A stretch of 64,000 nt of DNA. It comes from Antedon mediterranea (Eukaryota; Animalia; Echinodermata). The DNA lies in the NCBI RefSeq assembly GCF_964355755.1, contig NC_092674.1, positions 23,188,001 through 23,252,000 of the forward strand, given 5' to 3'. The translations under genes and the position numbers were made by a program. The notes beneath the pieces were generated by a model. The model had not been told where the DNA came from. It searched no databases and saw only the letters and a program-made list of their open reading frames with translations. Shown in pieces: positions 34,162 to 46,100 of this stretch. The first letter of the stretch is position 1; every line of letters begins with the position of its first letter.

Positions 34162-37100
34162 ATGAGTGTAGGCCTAATCCAGAGTAAGGCTATCTTGCAT
34201 ACGCAGCAACGATTAGATTCAAAATGGTTGAAAACTGATATTCAGGTACTGTACATACCAATACCATATTTATTTGAATAAAAATATAGTATAGTAAAGT
34301 ATTTTTCCACTAAAAAAGTAATTTTTAAACATTATTTTTACCATTTTAATGTCACATAATAGTTATTCACTTTGACCAAACAATTAGATCTGAAAACATT
34401 ATTTACATGAAAAAAAATGTAATTTATAGCCAAAAATAGGCAATACGTTTTTGATTAAATTATTAAATATTTAGTCTTTTTATGAGTGAAAGTTTTGTTT
34501 GATTCTTTCCATGCATAAAGGCACGGTTCCGGTCCAGTGCCGGAAAAACCAATCAAAGGTCAATGTTTCCTTTGCACGCGGCTATGCGCATAATGACTGG
34601 CGCATAGCTGTGTGGAGCGTCGTGAAAACGAAACATTGATGTTCGCTTCGTTGGACCGGAACAGGTGTGAAAGACCCATAAGTGATTGAATAACTTGATT
34701 TAAAACATGGCTTGTTCAAAGATTTTATTAATCTTCATTTCTATTGTTTTTTGGAAACAATACATCTTTAACATCTTTGTGTAAACACACAGAACTTGGG
34801 TTGGTTCCCACATGGTTCCCACTCATCAGCCTTATTGTTTCGTGATAGGCCAATTGCCATGCTGGTTTTGTCTGTGTTTTTCCTTTGGAAATTATTTCTT
34901 CACTAAGCTTTATTTTATTATAGTATTTTCTTCATTTTCCATTCCACTATTTTTCTTGGAACTCTGTTTTTTTTTGCATGTCACATTAAAATGCTTAGGT
35001 AATTACTATTTTAGGTCTTCAACCCTGTACAAGCTTTTAGCTTTTTGTTGTTGATCCTTTTCATCTTTTATGCATTTTATTTTTTTTGATGAATAAAATA
35101 AAATGAAAAATAGCATTTTGGTCTTATCATTGATCAAGGGCTTCTCTCGTCCAGTGCCCACCTTGACCAAAAGAAAGTCATAGGCCAATACATCCGAGAC
35201 AGATACGAGATGCATCTGCTGTCATAAGAGTCAGCAGTGCTGATTTCAAACGCCTAAAGAGACCCCAGCTCCATATACAGCACCTTATAATCCTCTAACC
35301 AGGCCCATGGTTGCCTAACTTCGTTGATCTGATAAGAACCATGTTTCAATGTGGTAAAGCCGTATAGAGATTATCATATAAATAATAATAACAATTAATA
35401 CCTCTATGTTACTACAGAAGCCATCCACTTGCTCCTCCCACCTCTCTGATTTCATTATATACTTTCTTTAATTCCACAGCTTGTATTTTCTATTGATGGT
35501 TTAAGTCGGCTATGGAATGAATTAGTGAAAGATGGAGAAGTTATCACTGACAATACAGAAGTAATATTAAACTCGACAGGGGTACCGTGTAAAAAAGGTA
35601 TGTTAAAAGAATTGTTAGGATAAAGTTAACTTTGTTTTCAAAACAATTTCAAAATTCAAATAATACCCTTTTCACACCTGCAAAAAGTAACAACTTGTAA
35701 CCAGGTTTGCATATTAATGTGAAGACAATTTCAAGGAAAATCTCCAAAGATTTCACAGGTCCGTTGAAAAACACGATGAGAGGCCTGTTTTGAGATGTCT
35801 TGAGATGTTGCTGTGTGCATGAATGAGACCAATTTGATAGTAATCAAATAATGTAGCTCGCAACTATGCTTTCTCTCAAGATTTCTCACTGTTCACGTAT
35901 GCGTGAATAAGCATGTAATAAATCCTGGTTACAACTTGTCACAAGTAAGTTACAATTTATGCTGATGTGAATAGGGTATTCGGTACACACCATATGACAC
36001 TATAATAAGATAGAATTGGAAGTCTGTTTGTTATTCTTCTAAAAAAAGCTGTTTGGTAAAGAACAACAACAATATCAAGAAGTTAACGCTTATCAAAGTT
36101 TATTACTAGTGGTTTGATATGGGTATTCTTTGATACAATACAATTTTTCAAATTTTCTAGGGCTAGACTAGGGACTAGAGACTTTGCTTTTTTTTTTAAT
36201 TTTGGAAATGTTTATGTTTATTCCATCGATATATAGATTGGTTTAGAGGGCGGACTCTAATGTTATCGCCATTAGAAAAATAATTCTTCATGGATAGGAA
36301 ACCAACAAGATGGCGGCTGCAATTTGATATGCAGTCATGCACTATTACGCCTGTTTATGAATTTATCTTCAATTTTTATTATTAAATTATTAATTTCTGA
36401 TAGGTGAAAGTGGAAAGTACTACTGTGGTCTACGTTTACTGCCTTGTAGCTGCTGCAATTCCATTTGCGGTCCAACCAATGGCTGTAACTGTCCTTTTTG
36501 TCAGGACCTCGATCAGGAAGAGAAAGAACGTAAAGAAGAACAGAACAAGCTTCCATCACCCGCTGTGTCTTTTACAGAATCCTGGACATGGGGACGGCAA
36601 CCAGGTAGGTGACGCACAAAAACAGGAGTCTCATGGTTAATGCCGCGCTAATGTTTCAGAATCATTGAATGGAGTTCTTGTCAAATACTGGGCGACCATG
36701 TCTTTAAAAAGTTATATCTCGGATTCAATAACTATAATTTAAATTTGTCTTGAAGTCATTGTTTTTTTTGGGGTTTAAATTGAACTTTTTTTATAAGCGA
36801 AATATTTTAATGTCGCATAATAGTTATTCACTTTGACCAAAAACTGGATTAAAGAAAAAATTATTTACCTGAAAAAATGTAATTTAAAACAAAAAATACT
36901 TGAATTGTCTGTCAGTGTCAGACAATGGTTTTTGGTTAAAATTAAATGTTTCTTTTGTCTTTTTATACATACGTATGCTTCTTTTTACAGATTGAATAAC
37001 TTATTAAAACTGCAAAATGGTCTATTTAAAGTCTGATTTTATTAATCTTCATTTTTCATGTTTTGGGGGGACAATACATCTTTAAGTAGAACTACAACTA

Positions 37101-40100
37101 GCCTATTCAAAGTTTGATTTTATTCATCTTTATTTTTTCTTTGGGTGATCTGACAATACATACATCTTTATTTATATTATAAATTACTCATCCATTACTA
37201 CCAGATCCTCAAAACTAGTCTTTATTGTCTTTTTTTAGATTCAAGTCAGCTAAAAGAATGTTTATCATCATTATTATATGAGCAGCATCAGTTAGCGTGC
37301 CAAGCTGCCCTCACCACGATCTCTTCCATTCATTTACATCAACGCCTGATGGTTCTCAAGAGGTACTTTATCGCCCTCTCTCGACACAATCCAGACCAGA
37401 TCACGGTTGCTGTAAACATGGTTCAGTCAACGACAACATCTAAGCACATTAAACTGTAAGTTGCCTTAAGCTTTGTCTACACTACAAAAAATATATGCTC
37501 ACATCACATTTGTTTGTCACATAAAGTTTGATAGTGTAGACAGAGCTTTATATAAATAAGTAAATAAAGCCCCAGTGGTCTAATGGCTAGGACATCTGTA
37601 TATTAAGCAGAAGGTTCCAGATTCTAATCTCTGTTTGGGCAACTTTTTCTCATTTTCACCATCTTATCGTTTAAAAAAATGTACTTCTATACAGTATAAA
37701 CAATTGATTAATTAATTTAGAGGGCTTCCGATTTACGACAACCTAGGAACAAGTTAGGTCATTTCAATTAATTTTGCGCTTGTAAGGGAGTTGAAACATT
37801 CTTCCTTGCTCTAACAGTTTTTTTGCACAATTTTGGTGGTGTTTAGGTTGACGACTGGCGACACATCAATGTATATGTTGTCGTTTGTCGCAAATCAAAA
37901 CCTCCCAGGCCTTGTCTGTTGAACTGTGCAAGTGCATTCATTCGCCTAACAAACTCCAAAGTGCCCTTGAGATGTGCCATTTACAGCACACTTAAAATTA
38001 ATAATCTACACACCAAGACACAAACAGCACACAAACTCCTAAAATGCCTTTGAGGTATGCCATTTACATGGCTTCAAATTAGTAAATCTTCACACCAAGA
38101 TAAGAAAAAGCACACCTACAGCAGTCCTGAATTTGTAGAGGAGGACAATTTGTAGCACATCTGCAATTGCCAAAAGACAATGCCTAACCTCTTATTAAAA
38201 AAAGGTAGTTATAATAATAGTAAATGCTTGTTTGCTCTGTGAAAACAAAATTACAGTTTAGAATAGCAAGATAAGATTTTGTGTTTTTTTTTAAATTTAG
38301 ACCTAAAAAGATAACCGAGAAGGCCACTACTTCCCTGGCTAGAGTAGGAGCAAGGACAGCATTATCATTTGCTTTCGCCTTCTTACGACGAGCATGGAGA
38401 TCAGGAGAGGATTCGGACCTATGCTCTGAGTTACTGCATGATGCTCTTGAGGCTCTCCAGTCTCTACCAGAAGCCACGCTGTTTGATGATTCATCTATGT
38501 CAAGTGTGTGGTCTGAAGTCGTGGAGAAGGCTACCGAATTCTTGAAAAGTGTTGTTGTTGGGTTAGTAACTTTATTGGTTTAATTTTTAGAAAAGCAGAG
38601 GTGGCATGCATAGATAGTGACATAAGCTTATTGTTTTTATATTTTTTGTCACTCCATTCGTACAGTCACAGTTAAGGAATTCAGAATGACTTTCTTGCCA
38701 TTTTTTTGTTGATGCCATACTCAAAACAAACATTCAAATTTGTGAATTTTCTCATACCTCTTTATAATCAAGACATATTGTTTAGCACAGATCCAATATC
38801 TGTGTAAATACTTTATTTGTCACTTTTATAACATTTGTAACATAATATAGAAATGTCATTAACAAATGTAACAAAAAATACCAAATAAATCAGCTTTCGC
38901 TATTCAAGTTTTGGCATCTAACATAAAATAATTAACGCAATTGTGATTGTAAAGTTAAATTAAATAAGTTTAAATATAATAAAGAAAATCATTTTGTTCT
39001 ACTCCAATTTTTTAAGTTTAAAGAGTTTCTTTATTGATACCAAAAAATAACAAAAATATAACTTGGCTAAAATTGCCAATTACTAATTACTGCCTAGTGT
39101 CCCAATAGGTGACAATTCTTGCGTAAACATACACATGCCGTGCCATACACACACAATGCAAGGATTTGAACTTAAGCCCCTGGTATTTTTAAGCAAAGAC
39201 CTCCACTAACATGTAAATTTAATTTCTTTCCCATCAGTGATCTGAACGCCTGTGCCAGTGCAAAAGGAAATGACATCATCCCAGTGTACGACCAACACAT
39301 GGCACTAGCTCTACTGCTAGAGCTAGCTATACAAAGAGGCACAATGACGCACCTTCTTGATGCTGTCTTACTCCTTCTAAGGCTCTGGGACAGCGGTGGG
39401 CAAGAGCCTGACAATAGAAGCAGTTCAAGGGGGACAACTGCACCCTTAGTACCCCTACTCAGACGGTTCCAGGCCATCCCAAGTCCTAAGAATAAATTTG
39501 TTGATCTTGTCAAAAGAAATGTAAGTAAAATAATATTGTTACTACCAGTTTTTTTCATATACATTCATTGTATTGTTTATCATTGATAGAAATTAATAAA
39601 TGTAAATGTTAAATTACTAAATAGTACATAAAAGTTAAACAGAACCATGATCAAAGCAGTCTGTCCTGTACCTCAACATATGGCGTTATCTATCCAGTAT
39701 AAAGGAAAATTCTGTAATACAGTGTCACAGTATCATGTGAGGCAGGCGTACATTATGTTTATGTTAGTTTAGGCCTATGGCCTATAATACAAGTGTCACA
39801 TGTGATACATATGTGACACTGTAATTTGCAAAATATAACATTTTCAGTATTTATTTTATGACCCTGACAAGTACTAAGTATACAGTAGAACCCCTTCTGT
39901 GAGACATCCCTATTTAAGGACACCCTAACACGTGAACACTTTTGACAGGCAATATATGTTTTAACACTATGACCAACCCCTATTCAGGGGACACCCCCTT
40001 CATTAAGTGGAAAGAGGCACTATATGTCAACAGATGATTCTTGGTTCTTTCTCAATGACGGTTCTCACATAATTCTTTGTATTTCTATTTTTGTATTGTA

Positions 40101-43100
40101 TGTATGTTTCAAATGGACAGTTTGTCTGGAAAAAAGTTGAATTGAATTTTGTTGGGCCCTAAACGTATCTTTTAATAGAAGTTCTACTGTATATTCTGTG
40201 AATTTATTCTCAATTTAATTATTAGTTCACAAGCGGAGGAATCGTTAGCCCAACGGAATGCTTTCTTCGGTACTTAACAATCCCAGATGATGATGATGCT
40301 TCCGTGGATCTACGCCAAGCTGCTGTCATCATCATGTCACACCTTGACCGACTCTGTATGGCATATGCACCACCACCACAAAACCAAAGGGTAAGGCTTG
40401 AAATAACATCCTCACAGCCATTGATACTGTAGTAATTAATTAACATACTTTAAGCTCTGTCTACACTATCAAACTAGTTTGACAAAAAAGTGTGATGTGC
40501 CCAAATATGGTAATGATATGCCAAAATATGGTAGTGATATGACATCATGTCCATATATTGGCACATCACATTTTTTAGTCGCATAAAGTTTGATACAGTA
40601 GTGTAGACAGAGCTTCACAAACACACCATTGTCATTGGTAATTAAGCTTGTAAGAAGATTCTTTTATTTGTTGTTTAGGTGTCTAGTAAAAGTCTCAAAT
40701 TTTCATTAACTTTGACCTAGTAAATATCGTTTTGAATAATACATTCTCTCTTAAAAAATTTGTATATATTTTACACTCACAATGTTTTTACCTTTCTTCC
40801 TGTACTCAAGGTATTTAAGCTGAGATAACGATCTTGCATTTTGAAATATAACTATAATAATAGTAACACTCACTTATCATGCAATTTAATTGAACGTAGT
40901 TTCTTGTTGATTTTCTGTTGTAGACCCTTAGCCAAGCCGGCAACCAAGAAATATATGGCCTAGGAGCAGTGAAAGGGATAGGGCCATCTGATCAGCCCAA
41001 GCTAATGGAGAGTATTACAGACCTTGGCATTATACAGATGTGCTGCACTGAACGAAGCCTACTTCTGCTCAGCAGAATTGGAAAACTTTATGAACAAATA
41101 ACAAATGGAGACTCAAAAGTAAGTGGTTGTACGAATGCAAAGTCTTAGTATAAAGCTCTGTCTACACTATCAAACTAGTTTGACAAAAAAAGTGTGATGT
41201 GCCCAAACATCATGACCATATGGGCACATCACATTTTGTTTTACTGTTTTCTCGATCACATTAAAGATGTATTGTCCCTTTGACACATTAAAAAAAAATA
41301 TAAAAAAAAGATTTCTAAAAAAAGTGGGTCATTTTGAAGTATCATAATAGTTATTAACTTTCACCAAAAATTAGTAAAAAAAAAATTAAAAAAACTGAAA
41401 TACAGACGTTTTTTTTGTTCAAAACTTAACTTTGACCACCAGATCAAACATATCTCGTAATGCAACATGCTTGTTTGGCTACTCTGTATGCATAATCATA
41501 AAACTTCCTCGCGATCTGTGTTAAAAAACATTCTCAACCTAATTAGCATATGCATAATTGCATACTCGTGGTTTGAAATCTTTGTTTACTTTCGCTCACG
41601 GCGATTTTCCAGATGAAATGTAATCAAATTAATTTACCTGTTAATTACGTAAACTTGTTGTTTTTGGCTCAAATTTTCGACTTAAAGTGAATAAGTTTAA
41701 TATTACTTTGATATGGTCAATTTAAATTTAGAATATTTTTACCTTCATTTTTTGTATTTCAAGGGACAATGCATCTTTAACTATCTCCTTCATTTTTGTC
41801 CACAGACTGTACAGTTAGTGCAAGGATTAGAAGATGTACCTGTAACTCAGATAGCAGGTCATTCAGAAGGGCGCCACTATCTTGCATTGTCATCTGAAGG
41901 CCTTGTGTACTCCTGGGGAAATGGAGATGGTGGAAGGCTAGGACATGGTAACGTTAAGTAAGTATTTTATCACACACATGATAATGAAACAGCCTTAAAA
42001 TTTAAAAAGAATCCTTCCTCCTTTGAGAAACTATTAATAAGAAGCAATATGGACAACCCATATTCAGAGGGAACATTGTTGGGCCAAAGGTGTCCCCTTT
42101 ATAGTGGCTCTGGTCTATATTGTATTATGTATTGTTTTCATATTGATTATATCAAGGCAGCAGGACACTGAGTTTGCCTTGCCAAAATTGGAACTCGTAA
42201 CTGTCCTTGATTGTATGTCTGGCTGTGACAAATACCAACAGTACTGTTTTTTGTACCTATTTTATGTGGCGCAGTGTTGGTTAACGGGGTGAACCTGATG
42301 TTTCGCAGCCACAGATAAACCCTTTGATCTCAGGGGCGCAGCATCCTGTTAAATTGCTGTAATTATACAATGTTTTGCAAATTTATCATAGTTTACCATA
42401 ATTGAATTTACTTGTTTTTTTTATTTTGACTGACTAGAATAGAAAGATTTTAATTGGTAAATAATATTTATTGCAATTTCCTCTATTGTATACTGCTTCT
42501 CTTTGTAGCTCGTGTGAGAATCCTACATTAATCTCATCTCTACCAAATAAACAGTCAGGACGACAAGTAGTGCAGGTGGCTTGTGGAAGAAATTACAGTG
42601 CTGCTGTAACTGTGAATGGGGAGGTGTTTACCTGGGGTAGGGGAAATTTTGGTCGCCTTGGACATGGTGAGTAACTGAAATACTGTATACCTAAACAGCT
42701 TAATTACTGTACATTAAAGGTTACAACATCAGTTCTGTCCCCTTTGCACAGGAAATTTATTTATATATAGGCTCAGAAAATTTACATAATTTGTTACAAT
42801 ATTTGTATATCAATAAATAATGATGGCTTCTTTCAAAATCATAATAAAAATTACAAATCTACATACATATTTAGGTAATACATTTGATAAATTAATTTTT
42901 GACATAAGTAAACATAATTTATTAATAGACGGGCATGTCTAATAAAATTGTTTTACAAGTTTTCCAATTTATTGTGTGTGATTTATTACTTCTCTTGTAG
43001 GTAATGATGATGAGCAGACAACACCAATGGTTGTATCCAGTTTAAAAGGTCACACTGTGACCTACGTTGCTTGTGGTTCTCTGCTTGATTCACACACACT

Positions 43101-46100
43101 CATTGTAACTGACAAAGGTTTGTTTAGAAATAGGTTTTTATAGCACTGTAGTTGAACCCAACAAAGTGTCCCCTTAATTGGCGTGTCCCCTCAATAGGGG
43201 GTTGGCCATAGTGTTAAAACATATATTTTCTTCTGTTGTTTCACACGAAAGTGTCCCTTTAATAGAGGAAGGATTTTACTGAATTGTAACTGATTACTAT
43301 GGCAATGCTTGTGTATTTATCCATACCAGAACGTGTACAAATCCAAAACGTCTTTCTAACTTATGCATACATTTTGAGCATGAATTATTGTGAACCACTC
43401 TCCAGTATGCATACATTTGTAATAGACTAAAAAATAAGTCTACAATAAATAATGTGATTTATGTGTACATTGCATGCAGGCCACAATATGTGATGTACAC
43501 AGTTGGTAAGCAAAAATTTGTATAGCAAATGATATTTATTTGTTTTATTTGTATTATTTTTTTCAGGAACGGTGTACTCGTGTGGTGACGGTGACTTTGG
43601 CAAGTTAGGTCATGGTAACAACGAAAGCTTAAAAGTTCCAAAAATTATTGATAAATTCATAGGTCACGAGGTCAGTAAAGTCTTCTGCGGTCATCACTTT
43701 TCAGCTGCTATTACTAAAGCTGGCTATGTATTTACATGGTAAGTTTTTGTATGATATAAGCGTAATGTCCCTGTTGTGTATGTGCTATTAATTGTCAGTA
43801 GAACCCCTTTTAAGGAGACACCTTCAAGGCCCATAAAAGTGTCCCTTTAATAGAGATAAACCCTTGCTTTAGTGCTAAAAATAAATCGTCCATCCTTCTT
43901 TTCTCTGGCCTCTTATTAATAGTGGTGTCCCAAAGAATGGGTTCTTCTGTATTACATATTACATACAATTCAAGGATATAAGCGAAAAGCAAACAAGTTG
44001 ACCAATCACAAGTGACAGTTCTGGCGATCCATCCCATCGTGATTGGTCGAATTACCATGCAATGCAACCTGGTGGGACCAAGCTCTACTGTGAAATCAAA
44101 TTCCATAATAACCGTGTATAATAATACAGCACTACTCTGTAATAGTTTCTTTGTTGTGTATTTTTTATAGGGGAAAGGGGGATGGATATAGGCTAGGTCA
44201 CGGCAATGAAGAACATCAACGCTACCCTAAGATGGTCGAAGGTCTCTATGGCAAGAAGGCTATAGACATAAGCATTGGTCAAACACACGCCCTTGTACTA
44301 TTAGACACTGGTCAAATATACTGCTGGGGAAGGAATGACGAAGGCCAGTTGGGAGAATGTACCGAGCAATACCAAACAGAACCAGTACTGCTGTCAGCAC
44401 TGGAGGGAAAATCTATCACTGGAATCGCTACTGGAAATGCACAGGTGATAGTATTTTCAATTAAAAATGTTTTTTTATTGTGAATTCTGAAAAAAAAAGC
44501 AAATTATGTATACTGTAGGTATAGTCCCAACTTAGGTACTTCGTTAATTTTGTTATTGTTTATTATTTATTCATTTATAGTAGCACCTTGGGTATAATAC
44601 CAGACCCGACTTTACGTTCGAATAGAGGCATTTCCCTGAGTAAAGTCCCATGGTATACTTTTGACATAGATGAGTTTCTCACCAACAATATAGTAATTTC
44701 TAGGCCTAAAACTACATTTGGGTTGTTTCCTAGCTACAGGCTTGATTTAGATTGTGTTTTTAAATATAAAATGAATCAAACGGCTGCAACAATTTTTATT
44801 TAAATAGATAATTAACTAAACATTTTTTTATAGAGTTATGCATGGACCTTGAGTGGTAACTGGTCTATTCCATTACGAGTACCTTTTGTAAGCCATGTGA
44901 CAAAGAACACATTTGAGCAGCTGGATTTGTTACTACAGCGTGTGTGTGAAGGCCTAGAGGGGCACAGTGATTGGCCTCCACCTCAAGAGAAAGAGTGCAT
45001 GGCAGTTGCTGGCCTAAATCTTCTCAGGTTACAGGTAACTTGTCAAATAAATGTAGGAAAAAACAGTATAGTATACTCTCTCACTCATTATTAAAATGTC
45101 TATTTTGTGCGAGTTGCAGCAGCAGATTATATTACAAGGCTAGTTAGTAAGCATAGTTTGGCATTTACTGATAACTAATACTTAAACTAATTTTGTCACA
45201 GCTTCATTCAGCAATTTCACAGCAGGAGGATGCAGACAAGCTTGGCCTAGGCCTAGGAGGACCTCTACTATCAAGTCTCAAACAACGGGTGGTTGACTTG
45301 GCCAGTAATGCTGGTGTAATTGTTACTGTTCAGAGTGCCGCACAGGCCACCTTACAAAGTGGATGGTCTATGCTTTTACCTACTGCAGAGGAGAGAGCTC
45401 GGGCTTTATCAGCGCTGTTACCAAGTGGAGGTATATTATCTCTCTCTGAGTAATTTTTGTGGCACTCATAATCTCTTCACTTAGGTCATGAAGGCTGTCT
45501 TCAGCCATGTAGTTTTTGTGCTAGTCTTCTCAGATAAGGACTTAAAATTGGAATTCCAGTGAACATCTAGCTTGTAAAAGAACCCATTGCATCTCTGTGT
45601 ATATGGTTCACTTAAGCTACTGTTGTAATCACTGCGTGTCATATGCCCCATCCCATCCAATGGGATGAAAGGGGAATGAACATTTCTGAAAGTCGTATGT
45701 TAATAATGTATGTTTATTGTTTTAATGTTTAGGTGGAGAAACTGTTACAATGACACCAGGCCGTCGCTTCATGATGGATCTCTTAGTGAGCAGTTTGATG
45801 GCTGATGGTGGGCTAGAATCTGCATTGTATGCTGCAATCCGTACAGAGATGAAAGACCTTGAAAGTATGAAGGAGAAAGAGATTGCAGAAGAAGCCAAAG
45901 AAGGCGACACATCGGAAGGAAGAAAGATGAGAACCAGAGGAGTGGAAGAAGGAATTCGTGAAGAAATGTGTACAAGCATTCCTTTACTGCAGCTTGTACA
46001 ACAGTTACTTAGGTAATATTTAATTTAATAGAATTTAAAATGACTAACTTCATTTTAGTTGCAGTATATTTTCACCCAACGTGTTAAGAAAGAAACTAGA

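Noticed and set aside
35275-35365. Functional 5S rRNA gene
   Set aside because: It has many substitutions and an internal deletion, and it continues into a SINE-like body instead of a T-run terminator.
36306-36318. Perfect YY1-like motif CAAGATGGCGGC in HERC2 intron 2
   Set aside because: A single short match away from the promoter. Such motifs are common in repeats, and nothing else supports it.
36404-36640. ORF-track peptide [14 protein letters not shown]...
   Set aside because: Wrong frame. The splice phase and the HERC2 motif SWTWGRQP identify a different frame.
37569-37642. Functional tRNA gene
   Set aside because: The T-loop lacks GTTCRA, and the anticodon loop and acceptor stem are imperfect. 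Kept only as a tRNA-like relic.
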